Assembly (NCBI GenBank): GCA_003344405.1 | Contig: NOWV01000019.1 | Location: forward strand, 186,001-250,000 | DNA from: Trichoplax sp. H2 | Taxonomy: Eukaryota | Reading direction: 5' to 3' | DNA: 64,000 bases | In this document: in pieces, positions 12,127 to 26,869 of the stretch | Layout: every line of letters begins with the position of its first letter | Numbering within the stretch: the stretch's first letter is position 1 | Position numbers and translations under genes: made by a program | The notes under the pieces: generated by a model | What the model saw: only the letters and a program-made list of their open reading frames with translations | Databases searched by the model: none | What the model was told of the DNA's origin: nothing

Positions 12127-15100
12127 AGTGAACAAAACCTTTTAAAATTACTGCATTGCTACGCTTTACCCTTAATAACGCTACAAAAAGGTGATATCGA
12201 TCGAGTATCAGAAGCCTTGAATAAGCAGGTAAGATTATTCATGAATTATGATAAAGCCTCAGGCTAGAATCAGGCTGCTATGATATTCCTTTCCTAACGC
12301 TCTATTTTACTATAAAAAATGTCAAGATATATGCAAAAGTAAAATGTGTTTACTTTAACTTTCTCTCTCTCTCTATATATAGTAATGACTACATACTAGA
12401 TACTATCTAAAATAGCAACGCTAATTTTACAGATTCAATTATTATACAACTTCGACGAGCAATTATCATTACAACTTGAAGCTATGCAAAGTATTAAAGA
12501 GCAAATGAATGAATTACGAATAAAGCTACTACCAGATTTGCCGCAAACTATTGAGTCTGGCAAATGTTCTCGAGAATTTTTGGAACTTTTTCTACGTGAT
12601 ATTAAAAGCTACCAAGTAGTAGCTAAAGAAGAGGTATATTATTAATTCTTTCCAGCTTATTATTACACGTATTATAATAGCTACTGTTGTAACATTGTCT
12701 ATTGGAAATGTACGAATATAGGTCGATAAATCACAGTTAAATGTCGATGCTGCGAAAAATGCTGTGTACAGTGGCGCAGGAACGGAAAAAGAATTAGAAA
12801 AGTAAGTAAGAAAAAATGGTAAAAGTATGAGTTACCACAGTCATAAGATATTAACTAGTCTTTACGGATACTGTACATGTAGGCAGCAGCATCTTACTTC
12901 ATTGGAATACTCAACTGTAATAATATGATGAATAAATTATATAGGGCTCGCGATGACCGTAATCACATCGCCAAGTTTTATATGAATTTAATGATGGTAC
13001 GAGAAACTGTTCATAATGCTCTAAGAAGAAGCCAGTATACAGAAATTGATGAGGTAACTACTAATTGGTTGACGTAGTAATAATATTATTTTAAATAGTT
13101 CTGCCAGTATTCTATTTTTGATCGCGAATTTCAATTTTATCCAAACAGATTGGTAATGAGATTCATATAGAATTTCTAGCTTCTGTTAATGCAATCAATG
13201 ATAGGCAAAAAGAAGTCAACGAATTAGTGCAGAAAAAAGTAATGAAAATAAATTTGTTTCTTTACTTGTTAATGATTTACATCTAGCTACTAGCGTTGTC
13301 GGAGTATTTGATCTCCTAAATAAACATGATTAACATTAATGCTTTAAAATCTCAGGTATAATATCCTACTTTCGATATTTTTAATTCCTTTAGGTATTAG
13401 CAGTGAGCGTTCGAGAAGCCTTACAATCCACTCTAGAACAATTAAAGGATGGAGTTGTTACTGCCGGTGTTGATAGTAGCTTATATGGCTTGCGACCTAC
13501 TGATGGTAAGTGATCAATCGGATAATAAAATAAATAATGCTCGTATGAAGCTTATTAAATACGTGGGTAATAAATTTACGTTCACAAATCAAAAGTATTG
13601 AAAGGTGATGAAGGTGTATCACTTAGCTCTAAATGGTCAACTTTATCTGAAAAAGTAGCAAAGGTATCATTACGAAACTTCAACTTGAAATTCTCTCCAC
13701 TTAATCATCGTATAATAGTACAATAATCAAGTATTTACTTCGTTTGTAATCTCATTACAGGCCTTAAATGATGACCCACATATTAGTCAAGAATACAAAT
13801 CATTCTGTCAGGAAGTTATTTGTCGGTGTCAGCGAATGTTAGCTCAAGTTGACAAGGAATCACGTAGTAGTACTTCCGATGGAAACGATGATGAGTACGT
13901 TACCGATGGATTTTTAGTTATTGAAGAAGAAGACGAACAAGATTCAACTAATTATCTCAAGAGAAGTTTGGCTTCACTCAAACAAGATATCCTTGCCCAT
14001 TTTAAACGAGTAGGTTATGTTATTTTGTGGTAGGAAACTTTAGAGTGATAATAAGTTTAAAATGTGAACTTTTTCTATGTAACTTAAAAACTTTTCAGAT
14101 TGCAGCAACCTTCGCCCAACAGTTTGAAGGTAGTAATGTGTCTACTTTGCAACGAAAAATTTGGCTATGCTATGAACGATGCTTTTATGAAGTAGTTGGG
14201 AAGAGTTTAGTTTCTGTATATGAGGTAATACTTTGAATTAATTATCAAAGAAAGGGGTTTAAGTTGATGTTACCGTTCTTGACAATTAATTTTTACATTT
14301 TATTTTGACAGAGATTTAATCAAAAGCAGATGGAAGTTATCGCTGAAAAAGTTAAAAAATTTGGCGTTTGTCCGGTTGTAGATATGGGTTTAACAACAAA
14401 GTACGAATGGTGGATGGACTTATTTAATGAATCTAGAAGCATTTGTCTTCACAGTGAGAGTCATATGAAAAATGATGCCGATAACAGCGAAATTACGAAA
14501 ACAGACAGTAAAAATGAAACAAACCAAACGGCCTCGATCAATATTAAAGATGCCAATCGGCTTCATGAAGGGACTGTAGAAGATCATGCAGAACACTTGC
14601 ACAGTAATAAAAGCAATGATAACGAAAGTGCATGGAAACAAAATGTCCATGAAATAACTAATGATGGTATACCAAAAGATGGTGATATAGGTAAGACGAG
14701 GAATGGCGATGACCAGGAAGAAATTAGCGAAAATCACCAAATTCTAGAATTGAGTCATCAGCAACAAAAACAAGCTCTACCAGATCAGCTATCAGACAAC
14801 ATTGAAGACAGAAATAGCCAAGAATGCTCACTCGATACTGCTCAAACAGAACTCGATCCAGCATTAGATCCCGAGAATGAATTAACAGAGCAGAAACCAT
14901 CACCAGGTACGTTTAGTAACCGATTAGCATTATTGAAATTTATTAAGTGCGGTGTTCTTGTTTTACAGGCATCCCTTAATAATCTTGCAATTTGATTATT
15001 ACGTTAAAAATGTAGATTCTGAATCAAAAATAATAAAAACTGGATCATTCCAGAAGGAGAATAATACTGAAACAGACGATGAAGAAAAAATTTCGCCTAA

Positions 15101-17996
15101 AGTACATGAAATAGATGATCAAGAAAATAGCTTGGATGAAATTTTAAATGAACAACAGCCGAAAGAAGAAGCATGCGAAAGTGTACAATTTAATCAAGCA
15201 CAACTTGAGGAAAACATGACAGATTCTTCCCTCACAAAGGTAGCAGATTATCAAATTAATAATGCCGAAGAAGCACATGAAGATCAACAGATTAAATCCA
15301 CACTAACCAACAATAATTCTCATTCCGATATATCACATGATGGTGGCTCTAAGAAAATTACAAATGAACAAGATTCACAAAATATGCAAGAAACCTTACC
15401 TTCTGCCAAAGAGAGCGTTGCAGATGAATCAGATTCAGAAACTATGCAAACACCTCAAGAAGGTACTGAAATAAATCAATTATCAGACGAAAAAGTTAAA
15501 GAGACAGCGGCTGTAAATTCACTCTCAGAAGCAGATGCTGAGCAAGATATCATGGTAGAAGGTAAAGATTCCAAAATGGAAAATAGAATTAAATGCAGCG
15601 ATAATGATTCCATAAATAATATAGAATCTGAAAAATTCATCAACCCAGAGCAGTCCGAAGAAAGTATTAAAGATGTTAATAAAAAGAAAGCAGATTTTAG
15701 GAATGATCATGTAAGAGCTGAGGACGTAGGAATTGACCCTCTAAATGTCAGTCAAGATTTTTGGGATACAAAAACCATTGCTGTAAGTATTTCGGAGATG
15801 TTAGAAAGTAAGGAATACATGGAACCATCTTCTAATGAAGCAGAGAATGATAGCAAACATATTTCCTCAAACAAAGATATTGAAAATTTATCGGAACCTA
15901 CACTGAATGATGCTAATCTTGAAAATTTTAATGAACGGGATGCAAGTGACCATATTGGCTTAAGTAGTAATAAGCCAAGCGATGAGGAGGATATATGTAA
16001 TCACGAAGATGATAACGATAGCAATCGTTCAGCTGAAAATACATCAGGGATTAAATCTGAAGTGAATCATATTAGACATGAAGAAGGCAAAAACGAATAT
16101 GATGCCGAAAGTAGCTCCGATATTCAAAAACATACATCTGATAGATCAGACTCAACATCATCTATGAATGATAATCAAACCAAAATTCGAAGGAAAACTA
16201 GTAAATCCAGCTCAGTCTCATCCATGAGTAGCAGGAAAGCCGATATTCTACGCAAAGTTAATGGCAAAAAGAGAGCGAAATCAGCGGGTGATGAAAAAAC
16301 TATTGCTTCATCTCCGTCGACTAATGCTGATGAAAACAATCAGAATTTAGGAAGCAATAATAAGACGAGTGATAGTAAAAATTCTAGTACTAGCAATGGC
16401 AAAATGATAACTAGTATCTCAGCACCAGCGGTATCGCAAGTACCATATGCTGTAAAAATGGCCGGCGACCAACTAGGTGAAAAAGAAGACGGTCTTTTAG
16501 ATGTCACATATGCAAAGCCTGCACCAGCGTCGATTATTCCGATTGCTTGTGCTAATGCTACGACGGTAGCTGCCTCAGTGATCCTATCAGCCTGTGGTGG
16601 TATTATTAACATCGGCGAATCGTTATATATCCCATCCCAAGAGCAATCTTCAAACGATCATATCCCAAGAAAAAAATTGCAGATATTTCCTGGCGCTACA
16701 GAAGACGAAATGTTATTTTGTAAAGTAGATGATCAGCCGGTACGAAGAAGAGCGGAAAATTACGATTATGACTCTGATTCGACTGCTTCCATGGAGTCAT
16801 GTTCTGTTACAGATTCCAATTCTGATGTTGATGTAAACGCGTTGGCTATGAGCAATAGTGAAGATAACGATAGTGCTATAGAAGACGAGGAGATACAAGC
16901 AATTCCGAAGGAAAAAACGGCAAAGTATAACGGACAAGATACTATTGACAGTGTTAGAAATGAAAACCATCGTGATGGTAACTCTCAAATAGTAAATGAA
17001 AATGAGCCTATGACTCCTGGAACTTTAATGAAACGTTTTGATCTAGAACTCAGTAAAGCTACATCAGTCTTGGGTGTATCTGAGCCATCACTCGAAGACA
17101 CGATTATAACATTTGAACAGTATTTTGGCGCTGTTTTGGATGGTATTTGTGAGGTTTTAATTTGTAATGCACCTATGGGAAAATTACAAGGTTTAATGTC
17201 GTCTCTTAAGAAATATACTAAGTCTATTGCCCAGTTACGACTGATGAAAGGTGTTAAAGGTATTTATCATTCCTAACTAATTGGTCAATTAATACACCTA
17301 CGAATTTAATTTGCATTAAATTAGAATTCATTTGTTAAATTCTTATCCTAGTAAGTGTTGTAATGAAGTCAGCTGTTTGATTTTAGGCAAAGATATAATT
17401 TAGTATATAGCTAACATATAAGCAATTTATTTTATAGAGTAGCAGTTTAATTGCAATCAGCCAGTTGCTATTAAAAATGTGCAATAGTTTATAACCAATA
17501 GCTCATGTTCATGTTCTTCCGAGCATCTATAGCGTAAAGACTTGACATTTAGTAACAGTTCTCCATGTGCCTTTATCATACATGTGTCAGAGGTACACAT
17601 TCTATACTTTTAAATTTCGTTAGAATGTATTACAATAATTTTTACTTTTTATGAATAAAGTAAATGACAGTATTGTGACATCACATAAGTTGCAAGATAA
17701 ATTATTAAAGTTAAGATTGATAATATTTTAGCATAATCTAGTTCTACTACAAAGAATTTGACATAATATTCTATTTGCCAGATCGTATCGCTGCAGCTGT
17801 CAGTACAGATGACTTATTGCCCTTCCTAACCTTGATATTGACTCGTGCTAAGCCCGAAGAAGCCGCAAAGCTATACGCTCAACTCAATTTTATTTCAGAT
17901 CTAATGGGTGATTTTTTGTTGAATGGTGTCCACGGCAACGTTTTGATACAATTTCAAATTACAATGGAGATATTAGCATCTCTGTCTCCACGCTGA
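12127..17996 (+). CDS. Multi-exon VPS9-domain protein (VPS9D1-like putative Rab5-family GEF) with a large acidic low-complexity insert; 5' end not resolved
   Basis: Phase-compatible GT-AG exons run from 12127 (SEQNLLKLLHCYALPL...) through 13761-14009, 14099-14224, 14312-14906, 15016-17259 and 17782-17996. The C-terminus has VPS9 hallmarks: P.GKLQGL and AVSTDDLLPFLTLILTRA...L.AQLNFISDL..DFLLNG..G.VL. No convincing start exon was found. Confidence 0.8.
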
Positions 17997-19861
17997 TGCA
18001 GAATATAATGGTCGTTTAGAATATAACTTGAAAATTACTACTTAAAGCACGAAAAGATTTACCTTCAAATATTAGTATTTTATTAATTTATTCTTAATTC
18101 TTAAGTTCTTGAGCGATTATTACTGTAACAATTGAATTTTTTTACCTAGTTTTAAGGATTATAGTATATTACAAGGTAAACTTGTACTATATTAGGGAAT
18201 TATTATATCTGCTTAAAATAATCACCGCCTTATGAAGTAACTATGGTATCGGCAATCTTGATTTACGATAGTAATCTTTGAAAACTTAGAATCTTTGTTG
18301 TAACATACGTGCACGCAGCTCTTTTAATATGGACACGTATTAAAATTTCTAGCTCGTACTAACACATAAAATGAATTGACTACCTTACCTAATGTCCGCG
18401 AAATCATTATCATATCATTTCCACACTCATCGAGATTGTGTTTTTGATCGCATATATTCGGCTAAACAATGAAATGTAGCTCATCGTAACCTTGAATACT
18501 AGTAATTTTTAAAAATTAACACCATGATTATTGCCGAGCATTTTACAAACGGAAAATTGCTATTCGCGCTTGTTATCAATTACGTGTTAAGTAGTAAATA
18601 TTATTCGCACTATCATTTTTTGCTATGGGCTAATTACTTTACTTGCTATATCAACTGTAACGTGGAAGTTTCTTAATCCTATTGGACAACATTTTATCTT
18701 TCAATTATATAAAATATAGTTGTATGGTTAAACTTGTAGGACTTATAGCAGTAGTGTAATCAATGGCATAGTGGTGCAAATTTATACAGAGCATCAAAAA
18801 GGCACCATATAGAGGCTTTATCTCAATATGGATATTGGTAATATTTTTCTGTAGTTCAAAATTTTATGTAATTCCATTGTATTACGGTAGATTTGCCATA
18901 TTCGAATTAAATGCTTGATAGATGCAGCTGCCCAAGTGTACAATACCTAGCTAGCACCCTACATCATATGATTTAATTGATTGAATTGCATTTTAAGAAC
19001 GTCAGGACAATTTTATCACGCTTTTATTCGATTTCTTATGTTCATAGAATTTTCAGCAGCAGTGTTGCTGTTTTGGATTATTCAATTGTTAAAAATAAAT
19101 GAGTTATTTTAACAACGAGATTGCTCAAGTCTCTTGTTTTTTGCTTGATTACATAAACATATTAATGACATATTTTGTAATTTCACAAGTAATTGCAATT
19201 ATAATGTATTGGCAACCTTGCTGAAAACATTCATACTGCATGTTCACGTGAACTAGAGCATTGACAATTGTACATTCGTGCTCGTTAGTCATCAGTTCAT
19301 CATCTTTTCTTAAAATTGAAACACTTTATGATGACTTACAGCATTGCACTAAAAATGTAATATTACATAAGATTGAAGGTAGAAGATATAAATTATAAGT
19401 TATTAATTAATGATGGCGTGTAAGTAATCTCGTACCATTAAAAACTAAAAATGTAACACTTCTCGTACGCTTAATAGGAACGCGCTAAATGAAATATAAC
19501 TATCTAAATTATTCGATAGGACAGTTCCTTCGATTCGCATACGTATGCATGCTCATGAAAGTAGTTACACAAAATGGACTGCCATATAATGAACATTAAG
19601 ATTGATAAGGTATAGAGGACAACTTCGCATATACAGTACATATCGATATATACCGAATGATTAGTTACATAAAACGAACAGCTATTTTCGGCATTTAAAA
19701 GCTAAGAACTGTTATGATGATTAACTAATCTGTCATACTGGCAAACGCAATATATGCAATACGCATAACGATTCAATTATAATTATCTGTATTATCGAAA
19801 TGTTTTAATCACTATATCGTTAAAGAGGCCACTCTTACTGCATCATGTATTATTTATATAC

Positions 19862-22800
19862 TTATAATTCGTTCTTGTCTGGTTGGTGCTCCTCATCACT
19901 AACGTAATTAGATTCACCATTAATCAAGCCGACAGTATCACTCAACTCTTTCTCTACTTCTTCATGGCGAACATATTTGTAAAAGTGAGACATGATAACA
20001 AATATGACAAATATACATGCACTTAATCCAGCAAAGAAGAAAAATTCAGCAGCCTGAAATGTATCAATGAAACGATCGATCATTATTGCGACATATGATA
20101 TATAATATTAACTCGAATCATTAACTCAAATACAAATTTTACAAGACACGCAATAAGATAACATCATACAATCATATATATATATATAAATTTATATAAT
20201 ACACGGCTATAGATGGATTACCTGATCGGGAATAAATCTAGCTTCGGCAACAATAACAACGATAAGGTTACCGAAAGCCACTGTTAATAACCAGCCAGCT
20301 TGAAGACATGATTTCATCGAAGCTGGAGCCTATCAAATCAATAAGTTGCTTAGATTTACAATTAAATCAAAGGTATCTTTCCTATAACAATTTTAGAAAC
20401 AGTAGTAATTATTTTTGTATAGCAGCTGCTTAAATTTTATCAAATGAATAATACAGTTGACATAATTACCTGAGAATAAGCAAATTCTAAACCAGTTATA
20501 GAAAACATGACTTCTCCAGCAGTCATTACGATATATTGAGGTGCTTGCCATAGAATTGGTATGGAATTAGGCTGGATATCAACATGATTAGTTACAACCA
20601 CCTATAGTAAAATAGTAATAAGGTAAACAATAAAATAAATAGAACACTACGCATTATTGGTAGCTTTTATTAATTGATTTGGTATTAACATACTTTATTC
20701 GGATCACTAACAGAAGGTTGAACATACACCGTATAAGCACCATTGTTTCCGAATTCAACCGTAGGATTCTAAAATTAGATTAATCTTTAATACTTGTACT
20801 TCAATCGATTGTTTGTTTTCATAGGAGGAATAGATTATACCGAGCGTCTCATTAGATGTAAACATACCTTTGTGGGATTTGGGTTGCTTCCATCTTCATC
20901 TATAATTGAATACGAATACCTGATATGATAATTAATGTATCATGAAATTAATCAAAATAATGAAAGGAATATAAAAGTATTTAAAATTGGTTCATTTATT
21001 ATTTATGCTTTTAAATCCTTTCCTGAACAATTGATATGACACCGTAATCACTTTATAAGCTCAAATGCTAATTTTATATCAATAGATATAATTTATCTTG
21101 TAGTACTTACGTATCATAATACACAACGGTATAATTATAAACTTGCATAGGCTCTATGAAACTAATCTTATGTTGTTTCTTATTAGTTGCAGCAGTTAAG
21201 GTGAAATTTATTGATTTCTTCCAGGTATTAAAAATTCTGTCATTGTCAAATCAAACTAGGTCATTACATCCGATTATACGCGTACCTACCTACTATCTAA
21301 TGCATGAGTAAAAATGTAAAGATTGTACCTGATTATTGCACGATCCGATTTAGGACGAGTTACATTCGCTTTTACCTAAAGATAGTTGAAATTAGTGCAT
21401 TTAATCTATTATCTACTTGTCTTATTACAGTTAAAAATACAGTATATAATTAATGGACTATTCATTCGTCGATTACAAGGATTACCTTTTGAGAGAAAAT
21501 TTGTTGATTCTGATAGCTTAATACATAGCTAGAAGAGGATTCACTCAAGTGCAATTGAAATTTCTTTTGTTTGAACAATGAACACGAATTATTTGCTGTC
21601 ACTGTTAAGGTCATCGGTCCGGATGGTGCAGTGATGTAAGAATTGCTCTATTTAACAAACGATCGATAGGAAATATAATTGTTGGTTTAAAAAAATAAAA
21701 TAAGTATGTGATCTATCTATTACCTGGGTATAATTGAGATTTAATGCTACACCAGCTTGCTTCTGAACAAAATTTAGATTACAAGGAATATTATTAACCA
21801 GACTAAATCGTGTAAGATTCCCTTCAGGATGAGTACGATCAACATCTAGGGCCTGTATGTGCATAGGAAGAAAGTTATCCACTACAATATTTATTTATTG
21901 AAAAAGGTCTTTACTGAAAATTGTTAAAATGTATAACTAACCTCTATCTGAAGTTGTAATAATCCAGCAATAACGAAAGCAAATGATGCAAATATTATAC
22001 CAGTGCACATTCGCTGTAAAGGCCTACAATAGAATCGATAGCGAAAAAATATACGATTAATGTACTGGTATAAACTTCTCAAGTCATATACGCGTTAACT
22101 TTATTAACCTCATCGGTATCTTAAGTTTTCTTAACAAAGGGTAGATTAAGGACTCAAATACAGGAATTAGAATTATAATTAAAACGGGGTTTGCGGCCTA
22201 CGTAATATGAATTTTAATATACTTTTTAGTATGTTTATTAAACAGACTTTAGATTCATAATCAGAGCGGTTAGTGGTACAATATTTATTCGCTAAACCTG
22301 CATTTGATCTGGTTGCATTTTGCCTAAAGGGCCCTATATCAAGGTTTATGTGCATTAAAAAGAAAATAAATAATCAATTGGATATTACTCTGCTATGCAT
22401 CTGGATTATCTTACCAAGTTTCCGCTCATTTCTTCAGCTTGTAGAGTCCAGCGGGATCCCTATTGCAAATTAAATATTTGTGGAAGGTTATACATTATTG
22501 TAACATTGATTGCACAGCATCATGAATTGTTATACCTGTTGATCAAATAATGTCCAAAATATTGGCAATGGGATAAACATTACCAGTACTCTTAGCATAG
22601 CTTTGATGTCTTCGAGTAGCTTAGGCTGTTGTTATTGTAATCAATATAGTCGAAAATTAGTATCGTTCACATGCAAGAGTAAAAAATATCATAAAGGTAC
22701 TTGATTAAACTAACACTAAATCTGTCTGAGGCTTTGTCTAGCCAATGATTTGCAGGAATATCACTTTTTCGATTTCCAATAGCATGCTAAAATGAATGTT

Positions 22801-24918
22801 ACAAGCCTTAATTTAAGTATTGTCGACCTCACATTGATAAAAATGTAATTTATCTTTCAGCATGATTAGTTTGCCTTACACAAATAGCTTTGCAAACGTC
22901 AGCAAGTATGTTGCCAGTGGGAGGATTTCTTTTATAAAGAGGTCGACCCATCCAAAAGACAACTGCATAATTAGTGGAGAAATCATTTAGCGGTAACATT
23001 TATTTTATACATGTGTATATATAAGCATGTCTGCACTAACAAAAAGAACTGCATCACTGTACTGTAAATACATGCGTGTCTTTTTCATAAATATGATCCG
23101 TTAGTAAGGGTTTGATAATTGTTTCAAATTTACGATACCACAATTCACTATGGAATTTTTCTGTAATTATTTTGCGGTACGCAATTGAGAGCAGAGATGC
23201 TATCATACAGCAACGATAACTTTACAAAGAGATACTTACATATCGCGACTACCATTAATATTGCAGGTATGCCAAAAGCTAATGCATAGCAATCACCATG
23301 GAAACAGTGAACATTGCCTAAGTGACATAATAGTTGTTAAAAAATGTTGATGCCAAGAATAGAAATTGAACTTTTATGTAGACCTCTTAAGATTGGAGTA
23401 AAGATTGTTGACAGTACACTTCCGGCATTAATAGAAAAGTAGAAGATGGAGAAAAACCTTTCCAATAATTTGTGCTAGATATATATTTTAAAAAAAGAGA
23501 TAACATAAAGCAGATATCTAAAACATTATATGCATAACAGAGAAATTCAGATGTATAGAATGCGTAGAATTTGATCACTAAGGAATTAACAAAATTACTA
23601 GTAGTTGGATAGCATTTTCGTAGACTCTTATTACTGCATAATAACAACTGACCTGATTAGGATTAATTTGATCCCCACCGAAGGCAGAAACGCAGGGTTT
23701 TATACCGCCTGTACCAAAGCCAATTAACATTAAACCGATAATAGGGCCAGCTCTACATCAATACAGATTATCTAGTGAGAATTGCTCGATAGTCACACTG
23801 GTTAATGAGGGAATAGAATATTGCACAGTTTAAAATTTATTGTCGATGATTATTATGCTAGTCTTACAATGATTTATGACTTAGAGGGGGAATTGCAGTC
23901 AACGTTACCACAGTATTTCCAATGGCGTATATCAAGGAAACGTATAAAATAGTCCTAAAATATGAGGAGTTGCAATAGAATAAAACAATCTATTTCAAGA
24001 TAATAGCTTCCATATCACTACTGCGGCAAATTAAAATTTATAACTTTACTATTGCCTGAAGTTGACGGTAAGATATTGATCAACAAATCCTTCTGATATG
24101 AGGAGAAACTTTACAGGCTAGCAGGCACTACCTAACTCCACTATTCCATTTGTACTTGCTGTCATAGCACGTTACCTGTATTTGCCAAGCCAGCCATCAG
24201 CTAACATTGCTCCAAGTAAAGGAGTAAAGTAGCACAACATTACAAAAGCATGATATAACGCGGTTGCGGTGTTTTTATCGAGTCCGTAAAAATTGGTAAA
24301 ATAAAGGACCAAAATGGCTAAATATTGAAAGCAAATATTCGATTAATTTAGTTCTTGGTAGAATACCTTCCATTGACTGTGACATATATATAATATTGCA
24401 GTAGTTGTATTTTATTTTAAATTTAAGAATGAAGATCAATTTCAGTCTATTTTCGAGGTAGTAATAAGAAAATGTCTATTTTTAAGGTTGATACTAGCAT
24501 TTATACGATACAGTATGTCATTATTCAATTATTTGGAAAATTGATGGCTACATTTATTATTGAACTAACCTCTCATGCCATAGTAAGAAAATCGTTCGCA
24601 GAATTCATTACCAACAATAAAGTAAATGCTTTTGGGAAGATCACTAATACAAGATGTAAAGTTCTAAATAAAACAGAGTAAAAAAATGTCATGATGATTA
24701 ATGCTCCAATCTAAAAGGGTAGCTGTACTTTGTCTTTGTCGGTCGTCATTACAACTTCATGCCTGAAGTCTGGATATCTAGCTCGATGTTAGATTGTTGG
24801 TTTTGAGTTTATACCGTACCTTAACTCTTCCCCAAGCTTTGCCGCTAATTTTCCTGTCTTCAACATCGGTACTTTGACCATCTGTTAAGACGGTCGATTT
24901 GTCTTCCTCTTCACTCAT
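19862..24918 (-). CDS. SLC15A1/2: SLC15A1/A2-like proton-coupled oligopeptide transporter (POT/PTR2 family), multi-exon
   Basis: Exons encode IVGNEFCERFSYYGMR (ExxERFxYY), LADGWLGKYR, GTGGIKPCVSAFGGDQ, FFSIFYFSINAGS, LFDQQGSRWTLQA, MQPDQMQ, GLEFAYSQAPASMKSCLQAGWLLTVAFGN and AAEFFFFAGL. First-exon splicing near 24770-24880 is ambiguous. Confidence 0.95.
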
Positions 24919-25101
24919 ATTGTAACCTTCGATTCTAAGCCAATTGAAAAATAGAACATCGAGTCATTAATACATAGTATACTATCGATATCAAAAGACG
25001 ATGATCAAAAGAGTAGTTGATAGCGAGTAATGGAGTCTTTCTAGAATACGATATTATTCAAAGTGCTGCATGATATATTAGAAATGAAATGGATTTCATA
25101 T

Positions 25102-25880
25102 CTTGATGGTCTTGAACGCGTATTTCTTATTTATTGTGATTGTTGATTGGCTACTAGAAACGTAGACGGTCAAGGGAAATAATTTTAGAAAGTGAATCAC
25201 TTTAAGGCGTATTTCTCATTTATTGTGATTGTTGGTGGGCTACAAGAAACATCGGCAGTAAAGGGAACTAATTTTATAACTTGATCGTTCTAAAGGCGTT
25301 CTTCTTACTGATTGTGATTGTTGATTGGCTACTAGAAACGTAGACGGTCAAGGGAAATGATCTTAGAAGTTGATCACTTTAAAGTGTAGTTCTTATTCAT
25401 TGTGATTGTTGGTGGGCTACAAGAAACGTCGGCAGTAAGGGGAACTAATTTTATAACTTGATCGTTTTGAAGGGATTCTTCTTACTTATTGTGATTGTTA
25501 GTTAGTGACTGGAAATGTAGACAGTAAAAGGAAGTAATTTTACAACTTGATCGTTTTGAAAGCGTATGTCTTACTGATTGTCATTGTTGGTTCGCTACAA
25601 GAAACGCAGGTAGTAAAGCGAAATGATTTTACGACTTGATCGTTTTGAAGGCGTTCTTCTTACTGATCGTGATTGTTAGTTAGCGACTGGAAATGTAGAC
25701 AGTAAAAGGAAGTAATTTTACAACTTGATCGTTTTGAAGGCGTATGTCTTACTGATTGTCATTGTTGGTTCGCTACAAGAAACGCAGGTAGTTAAGCGAA
25801 ATGATTTTACAACTAGATCGTTTTGAAGGCTTCTTTCTCACTCATTGTGCTTGTTGGTTAGCTACAACAAACGCAGAGGA
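25102..25880. repeat. Minisatellite of ~9 x 89-bp units with dimeric higher-order structure
   Basis: Core TTGATCGTTTTGAAGGCGT..TTCTTACT.ATTGT(G/C)ATTGTT.GTT.GCTAC.AGAAAC. Variants are ordered A B A B C D C D plus a partial unit. Confidence 0.93.
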
Positions 25881-26869
25881 AGATCAACAATCTTTGATGA
25901 TTTACACTAGAGACCCTTAAAGTCTCTTAAAGAGTCTCTAAAATTGACAGCAGTACTTTATCAATATGATTGCCCTCTATTAAATTTCATTTTCTGAATC
26001 TATATCCAACTGCAATTCGAACGTTACTCGATTGCAGTGTAATTCTGTCCATTCATGATCGTATTATGATTGAGTCAATGTTGGATAGGGCCGCGATAAT
26101 AGTACAACAGTTAAGATTGGCTTGAAAATTGGAAGGGTTGTGATCGTACTTTAAAGCATGGTTGAAGTAGACTATCATAAAAATGAGAAATGGATGATCG
26201 ATCTCATCAAAGGAACAACCTCATTCATGCAGGGAATAAGGCCAAGCGTAGGAATAAAAACAAGCCGATGCATAGACGGGAAAGAATTTGCTTTTTTTTG
26301 AGTCAAATGGATGAAAAAAAACTGAAGTTTGTATTTGTTTGCATGCGTTGGAAATTGAAAATCAAGGTAGGATTGTGGTTGTTGACTATCCTCTACAATT
26401 TGTTTAGTGTGGAGAGAATTCAATGGTCAACTACTGTCGAGTTTATTGATGGACTACCAGAGTGTTGTTTGTTCGCTATGATCGTCCTTTATCGTTATGA
26501 GCAATGTTTGAATCCATTACGGTTGAATGGATGATCATTACTTTTGATATTGGTCCATCAATCCAATAAGCGATGGAACGAAGTGGAATACGACTTGTTT
26601 GGCTAGCTTGAAATGGCAGGTGGATCAATCAGCGTAATTTGGGGGTCCAAATTAGCATTGGCTTAATGAAGAGAGACTGTTCAATTTACTGGCCAAGACC
26701 GACCCTAACACACTCAAGCGCTGTTGTTCAATGACGGCAAGGAGGAAAGACCATGCAACCAGTTATCCTAATAAGAAAAAATGGGCTATTTCTCCCCTAT
26801 AGATCATTCACCAATGCAATCAAGTAGTCGATCGGTTGTTGCTAGGCCTCTTTCCACTGGAGTTGATAG

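Noticed and set aside
14420..16988. Minus-strand ORFs 14420-14740, 15525-15710, 16340-16612 and 16797-16988
   Set aside because: Antisense shadows of the large VPS9-gene exons.
14952..17276. 774-aa ORF as a stand-alone gene
   Set aside because: It is an internal exon (15016-17259) of the spliced VPS9 gene, and its ends run into introns.
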